Assembly (NCBI GenBank): GCA_043775535.1
Contig: JAYVSG010000127.1
Span: forward strand, 1 to 44,829
DNA from: Candidatus Omnitrophota bacterium
GTDB lineage: Bacteria > Omnitrophota > Gorgyraeia > Zapsychrales > Fredricksoniimonadaceae
Reading direction: 5' to 3'
Length of the DNA: 44,829 nt
Shown here piece by piece: positions 41,978 through 44,829 of this stretch. The notes below the pieces were generated by a model that did not search any database, was not told the DNA's origin, and saw only the letters and a list, made by a program, of their open reading frames with translations. Both the position numbers and the translations under genes were made by a program. Every line of letters begins with the position of its first letter. Positions within the stretch are counted from its first letter, which is position 1.

Positions 41978-43807
41978 ATGTGCGGTATAATCGGATATAT
42001 CGGTAACAAAGATGCAACCCCGCTGCTTCTGGAAAGTCTGAAGAGGCTGGAATACCGCGGTTATGATTCAAGCGGCGTTGGGGTCCTTGGCAATGACGCC
42101 AGTCTTTTGGTGCGCAAAGCCAAAGGCAAGATCCGCTTCCTCGAAGATCTGATCAAGCAAAAACCGCTGCCGTTCGCTCATGCAGGTATCTCGCACACCC
42201 GTTGGGCCACCCACGGTCTGCCCTGCGATGTTAACTCACACCCGCACACCGATAATAAACACCATTTCGCCGTCGTACATAACGGCATCATCGAGAATTA
42301 TTCCGAGCTCCGTGACCGCCTGAGAAAACAGGGCTGCCGTTTTGTCTCCGAGACCGATACCGAAGTCATCGCCCATTTGATCTCGACCCTGTACAAGGGC
42401 GACTTTGTCCTGGCCGTGCGTAAAGCGCTCGTCCAACTCAAAGGGGCATTTGCTTTAGGCATCATTTGCAAGGACCATCCGGACACCCTGATCGCCGCGC
42501 GCATCGGTTCGCCGTTGATCATCGGCGTCGGTGAACACGAGCATTACATCGCCTCCGACGTACCTGCCATCCTGGATAAGACCCGCAAGGTCATTTATTT
42601 GAAGGACAACCAGATGGCCGTGCTGACCAAGGAAAAGGCCGAGATCATGACCTTTGACGGCAAGAAGGCCCCGTTCAAGATCGACACAGTTTCGTTCTCC
42701 ATTGAAGCCGCGCAGAAACAGGGTTACGCGCATTTCATGCTCAAGGAGATCCATGAACAGCCTGAAGTGCTGGCGGCCATGTTCAAGCGCTCCTTCAAGT
42801 CCGGGCGTTTGGAACTCGAAGGTCTGAGCCGTTCGGATAAGGCCTTGAAAGCGATCAAGAAGATCACCATTGTCGCCTGCGGTACGGCATATCACGCAGG
42901 GATGGTCGGTAAGTATGCCATTGAAGCGCTGGCCCGTGTTCCTGTTGAAGTCGACACGTCCAGTGAATTCCGTTATCGCGATGCCATTGTTGATAAACAT
43001 ACCCTGATCATCGCTGTCAGTCAGTCCGGCGAGACCGCGGACACCCTGGCGGCCGTGCGTGAGGCTAAGGCCAAGGGCGCCAAGGTCGTATCTGTGTGTA
43101 ATGTGATCGGTTCATCGCTGGCCCGTGAGTCGGATGGGATCTTATATACGCATGCCGGTCCCGAGATCGGTGTGGCGTCGACCAAGGCCTATACCGCACA
43201 GCTGGCCATGATCTATTTGTTCGCGTTGAAGTTGGCCACGCTTAGGAAGGCCCTCACGCCGCTGCGCGCCAAGGCATTGGTCAAAGAACTTGTGAAGATG
43301 CCTGCCTTGATGAAGGACGTTATCAGCCACAAGCATTCTATCCAGAAGGTGGCAGAGGCCAATTCGCATTTCGGCTGTTTCCTCTACCTGGGCCGTAACA
43401 TCAATTTCCCGACCGCGCTGGAAGGTGCGCTTAAGCTCAAAGAGATCTCCTACATCCCGTCGGAAGGTTATGCTGCCGGCGAAATGAAGCACGGGCCCAT
43501 TGCCCTGATCGACGAATACCGCGCGGTCGTGTGCATCGCGCCGTCCTCGCACGTCTATGAAAAGATGGCCTCCAACATCCAGGAAATACGCGCCCGCAAG
43601 GGTAATGTCATTGCCGTGATCAGCAAGAAGGACAAAGAGATCCGCAAACTCGCCGACTATGCCCTGGAGGTCCCGGAGACCGAAGAGATATTCTCGCCGC
43701 TGTTGGCGGTCCTGCCCTTGCAGATGCTGGCCTATTATGTTGCCGTCAAGCGCGGATGCGACGTCGACCAGCCGCGCAATCTTGCCAAGTCCGTTACCGT
43801 CGAGTAA
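41978..43807 (+). CDS. glmS: Glutamine--fructose-6-phosphate aminotransferase
   Basis: 609 aa. MCGIIGY Ntn nucleophile, two SIS domains, and the C-terminal ...NLAKSVTVE end typical of GlmS. Confidence 0.95.
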   Translation: MCGIIGYIGNKDATPLLLESLKRLEYRGYDSSGVGVLGNDASLLVRKAKGKIRFLEDLIKQKPLPFAHAGISHTRWATHGLPCDVNSHPHTDNKHHFAVVHNGIIENYSELRDRLRKQGCRFVSETDTEVIAHLISTLYKGDFVLAVRKALVQLKGAFALGIICKDHPDTLIAARIGSPLIIGVGEHEHYIASDVPAILDKTRKVIYLKDNQMAVLTKEKAEIMTFDGKKAPFKIDTVSFSIEAAQKQGYAHFMLKEIHEQPEVLAAMFKRSFKSGRLELEGLSRSDKALKAIKKITIVACGTAYHAGMVGKYAIEALARVPVEVDTSSEFRYRDAIVDKHTLIIAVSQSGETADTLAAVREAKAKGAKVVSVCNVIGSSLARESDGILYTHAGPEIGVASTKAYTAQLAMIYLFALKLATLRKALTPLRAKALVKELVKMPALMKDVISHKHSIQKVAEANSHFGCFLYLGRNINFPTALEGALKLKEISYIPSEGYAAGEMKHGPIALIDEYRAVVCIAPSSHVYEKMASNIQEIRARKGNVIAVISKKDKEIRKLADYALEVPETEEIFSPLLAVLPLQMLAYYVAVKRGCDVDQPRNLAKSVTVE

Positions 43808-43830
43808 TACCCCATCCGTACTGGAGCAGC

Positions 43831-44487
43831 ATGCTGTATATCGTTTCCACCCCCATAGGTAATCTGAAAGACATCACCTTCCGTGCGGTTGAGACGCTCA
43901 AGTCCGTCGACCTTATTGCCGCGGAAGACACCCGCCACACCAAGAACCTCCTGGATGCCTATGAGATCAAGAAGCCGCTGACCTCGTTCTTTGAGCATAA
44001 CGAGGACAGGAAGACGGGCGAGATGATCGAGATGTTAAAGGCGGGGAAGAACATCGCCCTTGTCAGCGACGCGGGGACACCCGGCATCAGCGATCCGGGC
44101 TATGTGCTCATCAAGGCGGCCAAGGAAAATAATGTCCCCATGACCGTGATCCCCGGCGCCTGTGCCGCGATCGTGGCCCTGACCTTGTCGGGATTGCCGG
44201 CGCACAATTTCACCTTTGAAGGTTTTCTTCCGGTCAAGAGCGGGGCACGCCGCAACAAGCTCGAGGAGTTCAAGGGGCAGGAACGTACGGTCATCTTCTA
44301 TGAATCCCCGCACCGCGTGTTAAAGACATTGGAAGACATCAAGGAAGTATTGCCGGAAAGCATCGTCGTGTGCGCCCGGGAATTGACCAAGATGTTCGAG
44401 GAAGTAAAGCAGGGCACCGCCGAAGAGTTACTGCAGCATTTCACCAGCCATCCGCCCAAGGGCGAATTCGTCATTCTCATCAAGTAA
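43831..44487 (+). CDS. rsmI: 16S rRNA (cytidine1402-2'-O)-methyltransferase
   Basis: I prefer MLYIVSTPIGNLKDITFRAVETLKSVDLIAAEDTRHT at 43831, which has GGAG upstream. 218 aa. The listed 43756 start overlaps glmS. Confidence 0.9.
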   Translation: MLYIVSTPIGNLKDITFRAVETLKSVDLIAAEDTRHTKNLLDAYEIKKPLTSFFEHNEDRKTGEMIEMLKAGKNIALVSDAGTPGISDPGYVLIKAAKENNVPMTVIPGACAAIVALTLSGLPAHNFTFEGFLPVKSGARRNKLEEFKGQERTVIFYESPHRVLKTLEDIKEVLPESIVVCARELTKMFEEVKQGTAEELLQHFTSHPPKGEFVILIK

Positions 44488-44492
44488 GCGCG

Positions 44493-44829
44493 TTAGCAGG
44501 ACGTTCCGTCGCCGCCGCAGACACCGCAGGCATCTTCCACCACAGAACCGTCGCAGGACCCGCAGGAGTTGGGGGCAGGATTGCCGCATCCGCATCCTTG
44601 GTCTGTCATGCCTGAACATCCACAATTCACATCTGGGGCGGGATTGCCGCAACCGCATCCTAGGTCTGGGCCAAGGTTGACGTGGCCACATGATCCTGTA
44701 AAGCCGCAGGTATCAACGGTGCAGGGGTCGCTGTCATCGCAATCCGGGGGAGAGCAGGCACATGGAGGAAGGCCATTGCCGCAACCGCATCCATTGTCAA
44801 CGACAGAGCCGTCACAAGATCCGCAGGCA
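44493..44829 (-). CDS. C-terminal 111 aa of a cysteine-rich (about 19% Cys) secreted-type repeat protein; the 5' part lies beyond the window
   Basis: Absent from the ORF track because there is no in-window start. Hand translation of the minus strand, with codons phased from 44828, is stop-free to the TAA at 44493-44495. It reads ACGSCDGSVVDNGCGCGNGLPPCACSPPDCDDSDPCTVDTCGFTGSCGHVNLGPDLGCGCGNPAPDVNCGCSGMTDQGCGCGNPAPNSCGSCDGSVVEDACGVCGGDGTSC. Confidence 0.65.
   Translation of the reverse strand, partial: ACGSCDGSVVDNGCGCGNGLPPCACSPPDCDDSDPCTVDTCGFTGSCGHVNLGPDLGCGCGNPAPDVNCGCSGMTDQGCGCGNPAPNSCGSCDGSVVEDACGVCGGDGTSC

Noticed and set aside
41401-42009. 202-aa minus-strand ORF spanning the dsbA-like 3' end, the L27-like gene and the glmS start
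   Set aside because: It runs antisense across three supported genes and straight through a 46-nt palindromic terminator, so it is implausible as coding.
1-44829. CRISPR arrays, IS elements/transposases, integrases, prophage blocks, rRNA genes
   Set aside because: I scanned both strands for regularly spaced direct repeats, DDE/tyrosine-recombinase-like ORFs and rRNA-like conserved stretches. Nothing was found beyond the short terminator element family and the in-gene Cys-repeat DNA.

Overview
This 44.8-kb window is compact, moderately GC-rich bacterial chromosome. I call about 45 protein-coding genes, many with 1-8 nt start/stop overlaps, and two tRNAs: Leu-GAG on the + strand and Glu-CTC on the - strand. 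All calls come from reading the supplied translations and the DNA by eye. No searches were run, so family names rest on remembered motifs.

Most genes are recognisable housekeeping:
- Glycerol catabolism: glpK, glpD.
- Small enzymes: M42 peptidase, rRNA/tRNA modification enzymes, ridA, glutathione peroxidase.
- A carA-carB-purF-pyrG amidotransferase operon behind a consensus sigma70 promoter.
- Others: rpe, OsmC, SixA, a CPA2 antiporter, an acyltransferase, TauE, an AlkD-like protein, trmB, a DD-carboxypeptidase, a DsbA-like protein, glmS, rsmI.

The parts that are not ordinary:
1. An orphan ~1,512-aa Sec-secreted protein (8654-13192). It has no recognisable catalytic domain, seven D-x-A-M tetrapeptides and a distinctive DPAM...GGIDL...FL C-terminal tail.
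2. A 104-aa protein (21518-21832) that fuses an Flp/class-III pilin-type N-terminus to what reads as a thrombospondin type-1 repeat.
3. A minus-strand ORF missing from the supplied track (44493 to window end). It encodes a 19%-Cys tail with GCGCGNPAP repeats and an ADAMTS-like CGVCGGDGTSC motif.
4. A minus-strand signalling and envelope cluster (21829-29803). In transcription order it holds an OMP, an exosortase-like membrane protein without the Cys, a membrane FMN glutamate-synthase-like enzyme, a hidden 51-aa zinc-ribbon ORF, a CheY-like regulator, a lipoprotein, a FIST protein, a GAF histidine kinase and a REC-GGDEF protein carrying GGDDF.
5. A single-gene AT-rich islet immediately 3' of tRNA-Glu.
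6. A shared palindromic terminator element (AAATAGGGGAC...GTCCCCTATTT) after three + strand genes.

The giant-protein motifs and the gene style remind me of uncultivated lineages such as Omnitrophota. That is an unverified recollection. I found no CRISPR array, integrase, transposase or rRNA.
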